Assembly (NCBI GenBank): GCA_964016885.1
Contig: OZ024746.1
Location: forward strand, 14,880,001 to 14,944,000
Direction of reading: 5' to 3'
DNA from: Eledone cirrhosa
Lineage: Eukaryota
Length of the DNA: 64,000 nucleotides
A program made the position numbers and the translations under genes. Shown piece by piece: positions 39,606-52,400 of the stretch. How positions within the stretch are numbered: position 1 is the first letter of the stretch; each line of letters begins with the position of its first letter. Below the pieces are notes generated by a model, which saw nothing but the letters and a program-made list of their open reading frames with translations, ran no database searches and was not told the origin of the DNA.

Positions 39606-40559
39606 TTAGTTATTATATACCAAATGGCAGAGTTGAGGCAATTCCTATAAGCTTTCAATATTAAAGTGAAAGTAAAAAAAAAAAAAAAATCTAACATCCC
39701 AGGTGTTTTGATTATTTGATTGTGGTCATCATCATCATTTTATGTCCGCTTTTCCCTGCTTGCAAGGGTGGGACGGGTCCTATTCAGCACAGATCTCTCC
39801 ATTCATCACGGTCCTTCGTCATGTCCTCCATGAGCTTCAGCGATCTGAGATCAGCTCTCACCCTTTCCGCCCATGTTTTTTGTGGTCTTCCTGCTACTGG
39901 GATTTCTTGCAACTTCTTTACCCAGCGGTCATCCTCCATGCGCATCACATATCCACATCAACAGTCTTCTCTCCCGCACACAACTTATTCCTCTTCACAC
40001 AGTTTATATATACATATATGTATATATATATATATATATCATCATCATCGTTTAACGTCCACCTTCCACGCTAGCATGGGTTAGACAGGAATTGTCCCAC
40101 TTGAGGCAAGATTGATCAGGTGACCGTGTCTTGCTTGTATAGGACTGTATCTGGGAGGTTTTCTACGGCTGGATGCCCCTTCCTAACACCAACTTCCTTT
40201 ACAGTGTGGACTAGGAGCCTTTTTACCGTGTCTCCTACATGACCACTTTACAGCGTGGACTGGGTGCTTTTTTGTCGTCACACCTACATGACCTCTTTAG
40301 TTTGAACTGGATGTTCTGTGGTACCAACATAACTTTACAGAGAAAGGGTGGTGTTGGTGGGAGTGGGAGGATGGAGTAGGGGTAGTGGGTTGGGGGTGTA
40401 TATTTGGTTAAGATGTGCCTACTGACTGTAGGTTTAATTTTGTACGTAGGGGAGGTGGGTCTTCTGTATTACTGCATAGCGCCAAAGGTCGAGATCCAGT
40501 GACATTGTCTTAGAGAGGTGTAAGTGTGCAAGGTTGGATTTTATCATGTCAAAGGTTTT

Positions 40560-40830
40560 TCTCTGTAACTTCCATTAATTTTGATCGCCCTGCACTTTTT
40601 TTATACGTAGTCTTTCATGCGCATCACATGACCAAACCAATGCAATGTTCTCTCAAGTAAACAGCATCTGATCCCTTTTATTCCTAATTTCTCACTTAGT
40701 TCGTTTTTGTTTTGCCGTTCATGTATATTACTATTACACATCCAACAGAGCATGCATGCTTCGTTCCTTTCCAATCTGCGCAGGTCCTCTGCACACAATG
40801 CTCATGCCTCACTGCCATGAAACATTGCTG
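40560..40830 (-). mobile_element. RTE-clade LINE fragment
   Basis: EDLRRLERNEACMLCWMC...ELSEKLGIKGIRCCLLERTLHWFGHVMRM. Confidence 0.7.
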
Positions 40831-43699
40831 TTCGTATATATATATATATATGTGTGTGTATATATATCTATATATCTATCAGATGTCTTTCTTTGGCAGA
40901 CTGAATGAGAGAAGAAATATAAAAGTAGTTAAGAGTTTCACCTCTGCACTCACAGGTGAAACTCCAGAGTAACAAGACTCACTACTTAGCCATAATAAAT
41001 GAATATTTAAACTTTACTTCGATATCAAGTACTCTTTTCTCTCGTCTGTCAACTACATACATTTATCGTTTGTTTATGTTCCTTAATAAAGGACAAAAAG
41101 ATTGATAAACTGAGTACCAGATTTGAAAGAAAGTACTGGTGTTGATAAGAACAAATAAATAACTCCAGCATGACTGCAGTCTGACTGAAACCAGTAAAAG
41201 AAAAGAATATTTTTATTATATACACAACACTATATTCTAGTCGGTAGAGAACTGGTAAAGTACCGAGAACATCAGCAGTGTGTATCTTATCTCTGTCAAC
41301 AATATCATTGTGACCAGTCAAACATTCCTGACAAAGTCTCTCCACAATTCATGCTTTTCCATTGCTCCTGGAAACTGTTCCCTACTGAGGTTTGTATTGT
41401 CTGAGTTGATTGATGAAGGTTCGAAGGTCTTCCTCTACTGTGTCTCCCGTGAATTGGTTCCCACTATCATATATATATACTTGTGTGAAGACCGTGATAA
41501 ACAGGCAAAACTCCAGAGTAACAAGATTCACTATTCAGCTATAATAAAATGTATATATATATAATCATCATCACGACTACACTCAAATATTCTAGACAAA
41601 GTTTCTCCACAATTCACGAAGAAAAGAAAAATTCTTATAAACATTTGCTGGTGTCATTTACACACACATCTGACAATGTGAAGATAGCTTTGTAGACCAT
41701 GGCTTTAGAGAGGCAGGATCCACAGATCTAACATGTATTAAACCAAGTTAGTGGAGATGATGGTATTGGTGAATGACAGACATGTGTGACATGATTGGGA
41801 TCTGTGCATGTGTATGGAAGAGTGACACTCAACTGTGAAATAAGGAGATTTACAATCTTGTATTCTGATGGCAAATAGCAGGTCGTTTGCAGATATACTG
41901 TTACTGTTGTTGTACTGAGTACTTTTAATCGTGTCACATCACAACCACCTTTATACATGTAATCATCTCTAAGATCTATGCTAGGATGAGCTTTGAAACC
42001 TCAGGTAGCAAACAACTGTGTTGAGAATTTATATATATGTGTGTGTAATAAACATTTGATATACCCTACCTCTACTGCAGTGACTGTATTTAACTACCAC
42101 CACCACTACACCTTTTACTAAACACTCGATATACTCCACCCCTAATTACAATATTTCACCATAACCATCACCACCACCCATTACAAACTCTTCTCCAACA
42201 ATCTGGAAAGGACCTCCATAGTTTTCAACAAAGACTGTTCCAGTCTGCTCATAAAATTAATGTGCTGAAAATTCCATAAGTATGAACAGCTGATTTCTTC
42301 AAGAGAAGCAGAGCAAGAAAGAGAGAGTAAAAGAGTAAGAGAGAGAAAGTGAGAAAAAATATAGAGTAAGAATCAAATCCAGCACTGGACTGGTACTTTT
42401 TTTTTATTATTATAAACCATTTATTTGGTCATTTAATAGTTGAGGTAAAGTGTTTTATTGGACCAATAAAATGTTGGATGCTGGATGTATTTCAATGATG
42501 AGAAAGGTAAAGTCAAAATGTGTTTCATAGTTTGGAATTTCCTTGTTAAGAAACAGAAGTTCTTGGAATGTTACAGTTTAAGAGGTATTGATTTATATTA
42601 TAGAGGCACAAAGCTTTGGATCTGAAGACAAGGATGAATGTGATGATGTGACATTAACACACTTCCCACAAATATTACCAACATAAATGAAACAGCTTCC
42701 ACTGGAAAACATTGCTTACTTTATATATTGAAATGGTTCTTCAAAATACCAAAACATGAAGTTCCTAAAATAAATTATTTATAAATGATTTACCAAATTG
42801 ACTGTAGTACACAGAACAATAGTTTAATCATTCCATTACCAACATGGCCCAAAACTGGTTCTGGTTTTATAAAACAAAACTACCCATTTTAAAAGGTTCC
42901 TATTTAAATTAAAATTTTCCAACATAATTTCATATAAGAACCATATGTTAAGTTACTATTTTAGTACTGTAATAATTAAGAATTTTTTTTTGAATCCCTC
43001 AAAATTCTTCATCAATTAATTGAAACAGAAAATATTTCATTAGAAACATAATCATGAACTCCTTTAACTTGACAATTTAGTTCAACTGGACTGCTTTCAA
43101 CTTTCGTCTGAAGTATGTCTCAAGCCAGGAGGCTTAACAGGCCGATGATTATCCTGGTTTCCATGGTGTTAAGCGACTGATAGTACAAGACTACTTGCTA
43201 GATATGACACCAGTCCATCACTGCTGGTACTCATTTTCAGATGAGTATACTGGAATAACATGAAATGAAGTGTTTTGCTCAAGAACACAACACACAACCC
43301 AGTCCAAGAATGAAACCCACAACATTATGATTGTAAGTTCAATACGGTTTCTACTAGGCCACGACTTTTAGTGAACTCTATTGAAAATACTGTACCTCAC
43401 ATTCAACTTAGGTTATTCATCCATTACCTCCACTAACGAGCCTCAATGTATCGAGAACCTTCTTATTTACAATGGAAACATTTGAAATTATACAAGAAAT
43501 TAAATGATTAGAATTGAAAAAGAAAATCTTAAATAAATAATATATTAAGTTTTCTGCAAAATTTGCAATTTAAAAAAAAATTAATTAAATATTAATTTTG
43601 AATAGTTTTTGTTCTTCCATTTCTAAAGATAGAAATAGCATCTAAAAGTGTAGCATTCTTCCATTTCTAAAGATAGAAATGGCACCTAAAAATGTGGTG

Positions 43700-46600
43700 T
43701 TATCTTTTCATAACAACTGCACTTTTTAGTCGAACAGTACTTTGAGTAAGTTTCATTCTTAAAGCTTCCCGGTTCTCCTCCTTCTGTCGGTCCTTAGCAG
43801 CCTGCCGTTTCCGTAGAAGTCTCTCTCGAAGTATTCGTTCCTGCTCTTCCATGTCTGTTTGTTTCTTTAGTTCAGCTTCAACACGTTTCTTATCCTCCTC
43901 AATTCGTTTCAGTTTGCTCATCTCCATTTGTTTGAGTCTCTCTTTCTCTTGAGCAGCTTGCTGCTCAAGTTCTTTCTCTTTTAATTTCACAGCCTGATAG
44001 ATAAACAAAGGGAAAGAAATGAGAGAGGATAACAGTTGTTTGTGGTTGGTAGGGATTGAGAAGAAGATTTAGAAGTCTTTCTCAATTTCTCAACCTTTTT
44101 ATGTCCCACACTCCACTTCAATTCCAACACCTTTCCAAAAGTACATAAGTGCCCCCACTATAATCAGATAAAGTTAGTATCTAGCATAGTATACACATTC
44201 CATTCTGAAGTCTAATGCCACCACCTTGAGAAACACTTATCAACAAGTATGCAGTTATGGGAAGGAGAGGACAACTGGTTTGTGATTGGTAAGGAAATAT
44301 GGGTAAAAAACTAGAAAGATTTAGTATGAAGTCTGAGAGGAAGAAAAGAAATTCCAGAAAAAATTAACTTAGCAATTTTTTTTTTACTGTTTAGTAGGGA
44401 AAAAGAGTTGCACCATGAGACTTTTAAAATATTGTTTTAGGGCTTCCAAGACATGAGGAGAATGAAGGGAGTGAATTCTACCAAAAAACACCCAAGGACC
44501 AGATGATGGTGTTAAACCAGGAGACAGATTAAGTTTACCAGTCAAGAACAGTCTTATATCCATAATTGAACAACATGATCTTTCCCTGCTTATTTATATC
44601 AATGATTTGCTGTTCTTAAATCAAAAATCTAGTTTGAATGTTTGCAACAAGAGAAGAAAATTGATAATTACCTTCACATTGTTCAGTATTTCATTCATGA
44701 GACGTAAAGAATCCAGCTTACGTTGAGTTATCAACAGTTTACGGCTTTCTTGGGCAACTTTTAGACTAGCTTTCTCTTCTTCCTCTCGTTTGCGCTTAGC
44801 TATTTGTTTCTGCCTTCGTTTCTCTTCCCTCTCCCGTCGCCGTAGTTCCTGTTGTTGCAGCTTCTCAGCAAGTCTGCGCTCCTTTTCTCGTTTCTCATAC
44901 TCAATTCTCAGTCTGCAAGCAAATCAATTAGGACCATTTCTTAACTGAAAATCAATTTAATGATTTCAAATCACAAATCAATGTGTAAATAGTAGCAACA
45001 TCATCATCACTTAACGTCCACTTTTCCACGCTAGGATGGGTTAGACAAGTTATCTCGTTGAGAGACGAGTCAGATCAGACGACCGTGTCTTGTTCATACA
45101 GAATTGTTTCTGGCTTGGTTTCTACAGCTGGATGCCCTTCCTAATGCCAACCACATTTATAGCATGGACTGGGCATTTTCCATCATGGCACTAAAACAAC
45201 CAATTGACAGGTTGTACTGGGTGCTTTTTGTCGTGTCACCAAACATGTCCACTTTACAGAGTGGACTGGGTACTTTTTGTCTTGTCAGCAACACGATCAC
45301 AATACCGGATGGATTGGGTGCTTTTTGTCGTGTCAACAGTGGATGTTAGTGATAATAGTTAAACACATATAATAAGCCTTTGGTATAATGGAGCTTGGGT
45401 TAAAGAATTTTGGAATCGATGGATCTGAATAATAATAATTGTTTCTACTTTTAACACCAAGCCAGCAATTTGAAAGGAGTGCTAAAGTCAATTACAGGGT
45501 ATATAAAACCTTTTGTTAAGTCATGTTACAAATTCTATCTTAATAATACTCTTTCTAACATTGGCACAAGGTCAACAATTCAGGAGAAGAAAAAAGCCTA
45601 TTATATTGACCCCAGTATATAACTGGTACTTTATTTTATTGACCCCAGAAGGATGAACAGCAAAGTTGACCTTGATGGAGGTTGAACTCAAATTGCAGAG
45701 GGCCAAAACAAATATCTGATGCTCTAATGACTATCAATCCACTGCCCTTACAAATATATAATTAATAAAGCTCTCCCAATCCTTCATTAATTAATCAAAA
45801 TACAGTGTATTTCATTAAAAATATGGTATCAAAAGAGTTTAAAAGATTAAAATAAACATTGACAAACAATTTAATCAAACCTTTCTTTCTCTTTTTGTCG
45901 AATTTCTTCCTCCTTTTTCCGTCTTTCTTGTTCAGCATGTTCCCTCTCGGCTGCTTGTAGTCTTTCTCGCTCAGCTCTCCGTTCACGAATGGCTTTTTCT
46001 GAGAGGTGTTTACTTTTATCAAAGTCAACCTATTACAATATTGGCAGTTAGATACTTGCATCAATTCACTGTTTCATTTATACAACACACAATTAAAGCT
46101 AAGTGAAAGCAAGTTGTTTTTTTAAAAGGGAGGAGGTTAGTTTAATAAAATCTACTTCAGTAACAACCATTCATCTTAGCAACAATAAAAAGAAAAACAT
46201 TTAATATAAATTTTACCCTCTCTCTATTACAAGCTGCTTGCAACCAAGGAAAGCATCCATGCAACTCTTACCTAAAAAGAGAAAATCATTTCAAAAGCAA
46301 GATGAGAAAATATTTTTCACCTTAAAATAGAAAAATTTTAAATATTTGTTTGATTTGTTTTTATTCATAATAATTTTCCAAAGTTCAATTTGTTTTACAA
46401 ACAATTATTGCATCACATACATAGCTAGCCACACAGTAAAGTGGTAGGGCTGGTACTATGAGAAAAGCACCTAGTCCACACAGTAAAGTGGTAGGATTAG
46501 TATCACAAGAAAAGCACCCAGTTCACACAGGGCTAGTACCTTGAGAAAAGCATCCAATCCACCCTGCATAGAGGTAGGGCTTGTACCACTGTAAAGTGGT

Positions 46601-48416
46601 AAGATTGGTGCCATGAGAAAAACATCCAGTTCACACAGGGCTGGTACCATAAGAAAAGTACCCGGTCCTCACTGTAAGTGGTAGCACTGGTATTGCGAGA
46701 AAGCAAACCTGGTATATGCCCTGAAATGAATGGCATTAGCAAGGGCATCCTGCTGTAGAAATCTTTCCAAAATGGAATGTATAAGCAAGACACAGTTGTC
46801 TGACCTCAGAATATGACAATCTGTTTACTCCATGCAAACATGGAAAATAGATGTAAAATAGTGAGGATGATATTGAATTTCTAACAATATTCCATAGTTT
46901 ATTCTTAATGCATATATAAGTTGGTGATAGGAAGAGCATCCAGTTCTAGAAAGATTGTCAAACAAAGGGTTGAGAGGACCCTTCAGGTGTTGATACCAAG
47001 GTAAAATTCACTTGGTGGAGTGTGGCTTCATATGTAAGTTAAATGAGATTTTGTTGTAACTTTGACTAAATAGTCTAATAATAACGGGACTTATAAACCC
47101 ACAACCATTGCTAGCAAGGAAAACGCACATTAAATGATATTATATATATATATATATATATATAGTTTTTTTTTAATGAGATTTTGTTGTAACTTTGATA
47201 AATAATCTAATAATAACAGGACTTATAAACCCACAAATGGAAAAAGAAGGGCATCAGTAGGTTGATACATGCTATTATTAAACTATTTAGTCAAAATTAC
47301 AGCGAAATTTAACAATTTAATTTTCGAATTCCGCTTGCTGTTTTATATATATATTCCCATGTGCATGGATTGAGGCATACATCTTGTTTGCACTACCATC
47401 TCCTCCTCTTCTATACACTCCACAGTCCACACTGTAAATGTGGTTGGCATTAAGAAGGGCATGCAGCCATAGAAACCAAGCCAGAAACAGTTCTGTATGA
47501 GCAAGACAGGGTCATCTGATATGGCTTATCTCACTGCAGGACAACTCGCCTAACCCATGCTAGCATAGAAAAATGAACGTTAAACAGTGATGATTATGAT
47601 AGTACTTTTACCCGATAGAAAAATTGTGGGTCTAAAACTATTTACCTTGATATTTGCAGTCAAAGCTTTGTCTTCTCCTCTATACATCAACTTCATTCCA
47701 CGAAGGCAGTCCATAGCTTTGATGAAGCCAACATATTCCTTGTATTGTACATAGGCCTCAAATGTTAAATCTTGACCAAATGAAAACGTTTGTATAGTAC
47801 CAGGTTTTGATTCTGTCATTTGTTTTCGGTAAGGATCTAAAACTGGTAAATCTACACAGCGGATGTCACCAAATACACTAAATACAGAGTTTAATACCGC
47901 TTCACTAGGTTTGTCTTTGTTGGAATCATTCTGTGCGGTAAACCATCTTGTTGGCAGGTCTTTAAAGTAAACAGTGTCTGGTCTTTCACCCGGCTTCATT
48001 TCGTTGATATTTTTAGCATCTCTGAAGTAAGAAGCCATATCGTGACGGGTGGGGAAATGTATTTTAGCCGGAGCCGCCCTCACACGAAGGGTGTCAGAAA
48101 ATCCACTAAGTTTGATAGATTTGCCATCTAGTTTTAATAAAAGAACTTTTACGTGGCTTTTGTTTTCAGCTTCTCCCTCCAGTCGAATAAACTCGAGAGT
48201 ACTCTTGGTCACTTTTAGCGAAGTAAAAATATGAGGTTTAATCATATTTTTCACTTTTTCCATTACTTCCCAGTTGGATATCGTTTTACCGGGACATTTC
48301 AGTTGAGGTAGTTGTACGGACACATTAATGCGAGCTATAGGTTTTAAATAGAGGTTAAATTGCTCGCTTAATTCAACGGCATCAGACACATCAGAGCAAA
48401 CGGCGGGGTTGGACAT
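43700..48416 (-). CDS. AKAP17A: A-kinase anchor protein 17A / splicing factor XE7 homolog, ~484 aa, 4 coding exons
   Basis: Exons 48416-47646, 46029-45881, 44912-44672 and 43993-43700 are in phase. Family motifs: LYLKPIARINVSVQLPQLK, ISNWEVMEKVK, MKPGERPDTV, FEAYVQYKEYVGF, ANIKVDFDKSKHLS. These are followed by an E/R/K coiled coil. Confidence 0.93.
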
Positions 48417-49477
48417 TGCGAAAAGCTTCGCTGATAACGACTAGACACTAAAACAGATTACATAAAATAGATAAGTCAATTGTTCTTTGTTTATATATAT
48501 ATATATATATATAGTTTAGGGGTGATAAATGGGACTTCCGTAGAAAAGGGACTTTGTATAAATTGATTTTACACGGAATAAAGAAAAGAGCCGTTGAAAA
48601 CGTTTAGAGATAGAAATACACAGAAAATGGAAATAGTCTATTTTCAAGTTATGAGAACGCAAGCAGAGATGTATCCTGGCAAGTTGGGTTGGTATCACCA
48701 ATACAGACATGGTCAATTGTTGACAAATGCATCTCTCTACCTAAGTCTTCTCACATATGCTTTTGTTGATCTCAATCTCTACACATTGTTTACATCTAAA
48801 TAGATACTCCTTTAGAGTATTTTAATGGAATGTCATACAAAAATATTATTACTTACAGTCTGATGTAGACATGAATTATCTATATTTATACTGACAGTGT
48901 TGAATGGAAACTTTATAAACTCCTGGAATCAACATCGTTTCTACAACAATGAGAGCCGCCATGTTAAATGAAGTCTTTAACCATTCAAAAACTGGAATGG
49001 AAATACGAAATGTTTTTCGTTTTTCCATTACCCAAACAACTCATTGGAAAATTTCCCAATATTTATTTTGACAAAAAAAAACGAAAGAGTGAACTTCAAA
49101 TTTACAAACATTATTTCCCTTAATTCTGTATATTTTCCAAAGGTACACGTAAAACTTATGAAGTGAAACAAGACTAAACAAGAGTCGCCACATGTTTTTG
49201 AATTCGGTTCAGCAGAACTTTGCAGTATGATATCAACTGATATTAATACGAAATAAATAAGTTGGTTCAATTATAATCATGGATTCAGTGTAACGAAAAA
49301 TACAATTATATACCATCTAAAATTTGAAACATTTTCCTGTTTATCTTAGTTTTTATCCAATGTAATAAAGCCCGAGTAAAAAACGAAAAAAAAAAAATGA
49401 AAGAAAAAGCAGGATGCAGTAAATTCGTTCCTTTCAGTTTTTAGTACAACCCTCGTGTTACCCTCTGTCGTGCAACG
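48417..49477. promoter_or_regulatory. Probable bidirectional promoter / 5' UTR region shared by AKAP17A and ERCC1
   Basis: The divergent ATGs are only ~1.06 kb apart. The region is almost repeat-free and locally CpG-richer. YY1-like ATGGCGGC motifs occur at 48955-48962 (-) and 49478-49485 (+). Confidence 0.6.
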
Positions 49478-52400
49478 ATGGCGGCCAAACGTCGAGTTTT
49501 CCAAATTCCAACATTGGAAGAAATGGAGAAAAAACAAGAAAAGGTTTGTTATTATTCTTATCTATTCAGATGATTTCCCGTAAAATCATAACAATTCTAT
49601 TGTTTTATGTAACTTTTATTCGAACCAATATTTTATCATAGCTGTAAGTTCGAGTTGTTGTTTAGGGCCGGGTCAGCTCTGATTGAGCATTATCATGATC
49701 AAAGGCTCTCCAATTATGACCATCCCGTAGGTTTTGTACATCAATAAGAGACTCCCTACATGGACATTTGGCTTGCTAGAAATAGTAGCTAAATCTTTTC
49801 TTAATGTTTTACTGTTTAGTTAGAAAGGGAAGGGCGATGACCACAAATACCTCCATGGCCTCCGGAACTGGTTGGGTAGAGTAAGGAAGGTATTCTCAAA
49901 TCTGGCCTGAATACTATCTGTGAAATGCCTGAAAAGAAGGCGAGATGATCACGACTGGGATGCTTTTAATTTTATGTTTACTCGATAATGGTTGAGTTTG
50001 GGCTAAACAACTACTAGCGGGTGTTATGGAGTTCTGAGGTAGGTGAAACAAAACGTAATTTACAACGGTTTTGAAGGCCACATTCTTTTATAACACATTA
50101 AAAAGTAATAGGAAATTCTAACTAAACCTATGAACTGACTATGCTTAAAATTAAAAAGAAAAATACTACCGCCTGGGAGACGGGTGTAATAGTAAAACTT
50201 TATCCTACTTAGTTTAAAGTGTGTGTATGGCCACGTAACTCCTGGGGGAATCGTAGTGACGCCGAAGTGACATACGACGTTTCTGGGGCATTAAAAAAAA
50301 CGTGGTGGAACCCATCTCCTCTCCAAGTCTCTCCAGAAAAGGATAGAAAGTGAGAAAGAGATATAGGGGAGGAATCGACCCAGTACTAAACTGGTACTTT
50401 TTTGTTTTTATCAACCTCGAACGGATGAAAAGCAAAGTTGACCTCGGCAGGATTTGAACTCAGAGAACTAGAATTCCTACGTTCTAACGAATCTGACATT
50501 TTACCATCTAGTGTAATAATTCTTAAATGAAAATGTCAGATTGATTGATAATAGATGCATGGTTATTCTTATTTTCAGCCATTGCCTGTTTCATCAGCAT
50601 TTCAGAAGACGATAGCTCCTGTATTATCATTTGAACCTACTGCAAAGAGTTCATCTGTTAAACAAATCTCTTTAAATAAATCCTCTACACCTGTGAAGAA
50701 AGATTTATCATCAAACAAAGAAGCTGTTTCTTCTCCTACCAAAGGTCCCACCTCAACTGAACCAACATATACCTTAACAAAACCAATCTCTGTTGATCCT
50801 CCCACTAAACCAACATCAGAAATGTGTTCCAATATGTCTGAAAATCAGAAAGCAGAAGTCAGAAGGTTACTATTTTTATGTTGTGTTATTTATGCCAGGG
50901 TCTCCAATTTGTAGCAAATATTTAAATAAATCAGAACAGAGTTTATCTATAACAACAAGAAGAGCTTTGTAATAAAATATCCCTTTTTTAAAAATCTTAT
51001 ATGATATAACTACATAGAGAAAAACTAACATACATGTTCGATCCAATACTAGTTACATGGAAAGTAAGTTAAAGTGAAGTATGTTTACAGGTGATGTAAA
51101 GATGTATGTGTGTGTAACTAAATTATAAATACCTTGATAGAACATAAGTCTCTATATTAACGACACATAAATCTTAGTCTCTAAAAGAATATATTTAACA
51201 CAAGGAAAACATTGGCAGGAAAAGGCTTGTAAACTATGATTCCAACTGACATACAACTGGTAGAAAGAACTATATCTCTTCTCACTGACCAGTGCCTTAA
51301 CTCTCTTTTTATAACTTATCTCAATATGTGAGTGTATAGTTATAGAGAGAGAGATTACTAGATAAAACCACTTACAGATATTACAGAGAGAGAGTCATCA
51401 TCATTTCATTTCATTTTACGTCCACTTTTTCCCTGCTTGCAAGGGTGGGACGGGAACTGATTCTGGCTTGATTTCTACAGGTGGATGCCCTTCCTAACAC
51501 CAACCTCATTTACAGTGAGTGCTGGGTGCTTTTTTACCGTGGCGCCTACACGTCCACTTTGCAGTGGAATGATATGGACCCCAGTCCCTATCATCTCATT
51601 TCTACAGCTGAGTAAACTGGAACAATGTGAAATAAAACTACTTACAGAGGGAGAGTTAAAGAAAGAGAGAGAGTTTTGGATAAAACCACTTATTTAATGC
51701 CGAGAGGTTCAGTTAGCCTACTCTACATTTATCTTTATAATTTGAAATGCTTGAATCTTTTGCAACTACTTATATAAGATGCATGGGCTTAATGGTGAGA
51801 GTATTGAACTGAAAGTCATAAGGTAATGTGATTGCCAGACTAGGTATTGCATTGTGCCCTTGTTGAAGGATACAACACAGCGTTTTCATAAATTGAACTC
51901 ATGATCTTAGAATAGGGAGCTGAAGACCCTCATCACTAAGCCACACAATTCATTGTTGTTTCTCAAATGATTGCCAATAGTAGGTTTTTGTTTTCTATTT
52001 AAGGGTCAATTCTGCTCAGCCTCCAGTGAATACCAAAACTTCCAGTAATTCCATTATAGTTAACCCAAGACAGGTAAGATCTAATGTGTACCTGTGTAAG
52101 ATTTAAAATCATCTTATTGTAATGAATGTGTATTGCTTACCTTGTATACTCCTGCTGTCAAACATTACTATATATCTTTGTAAGATTTAAAACAATCTTA
52201 TTGTATTGAACACCATTGCTTAAATAAGAACTTTAAGTTACGTTCCAAACACCAATGTTTCCTAGTTTAGGCAATATGCCAGCAATTTTTTTTTTTGTGT
52301 GTGTGTGGGGGTATGGATCCATACCTTGCTTCTCTCATGTGAAGAATCGTCTGGCCCTTGCCAGCCATGTCACTCACTATTATGAACCCACTGGAAGAAT

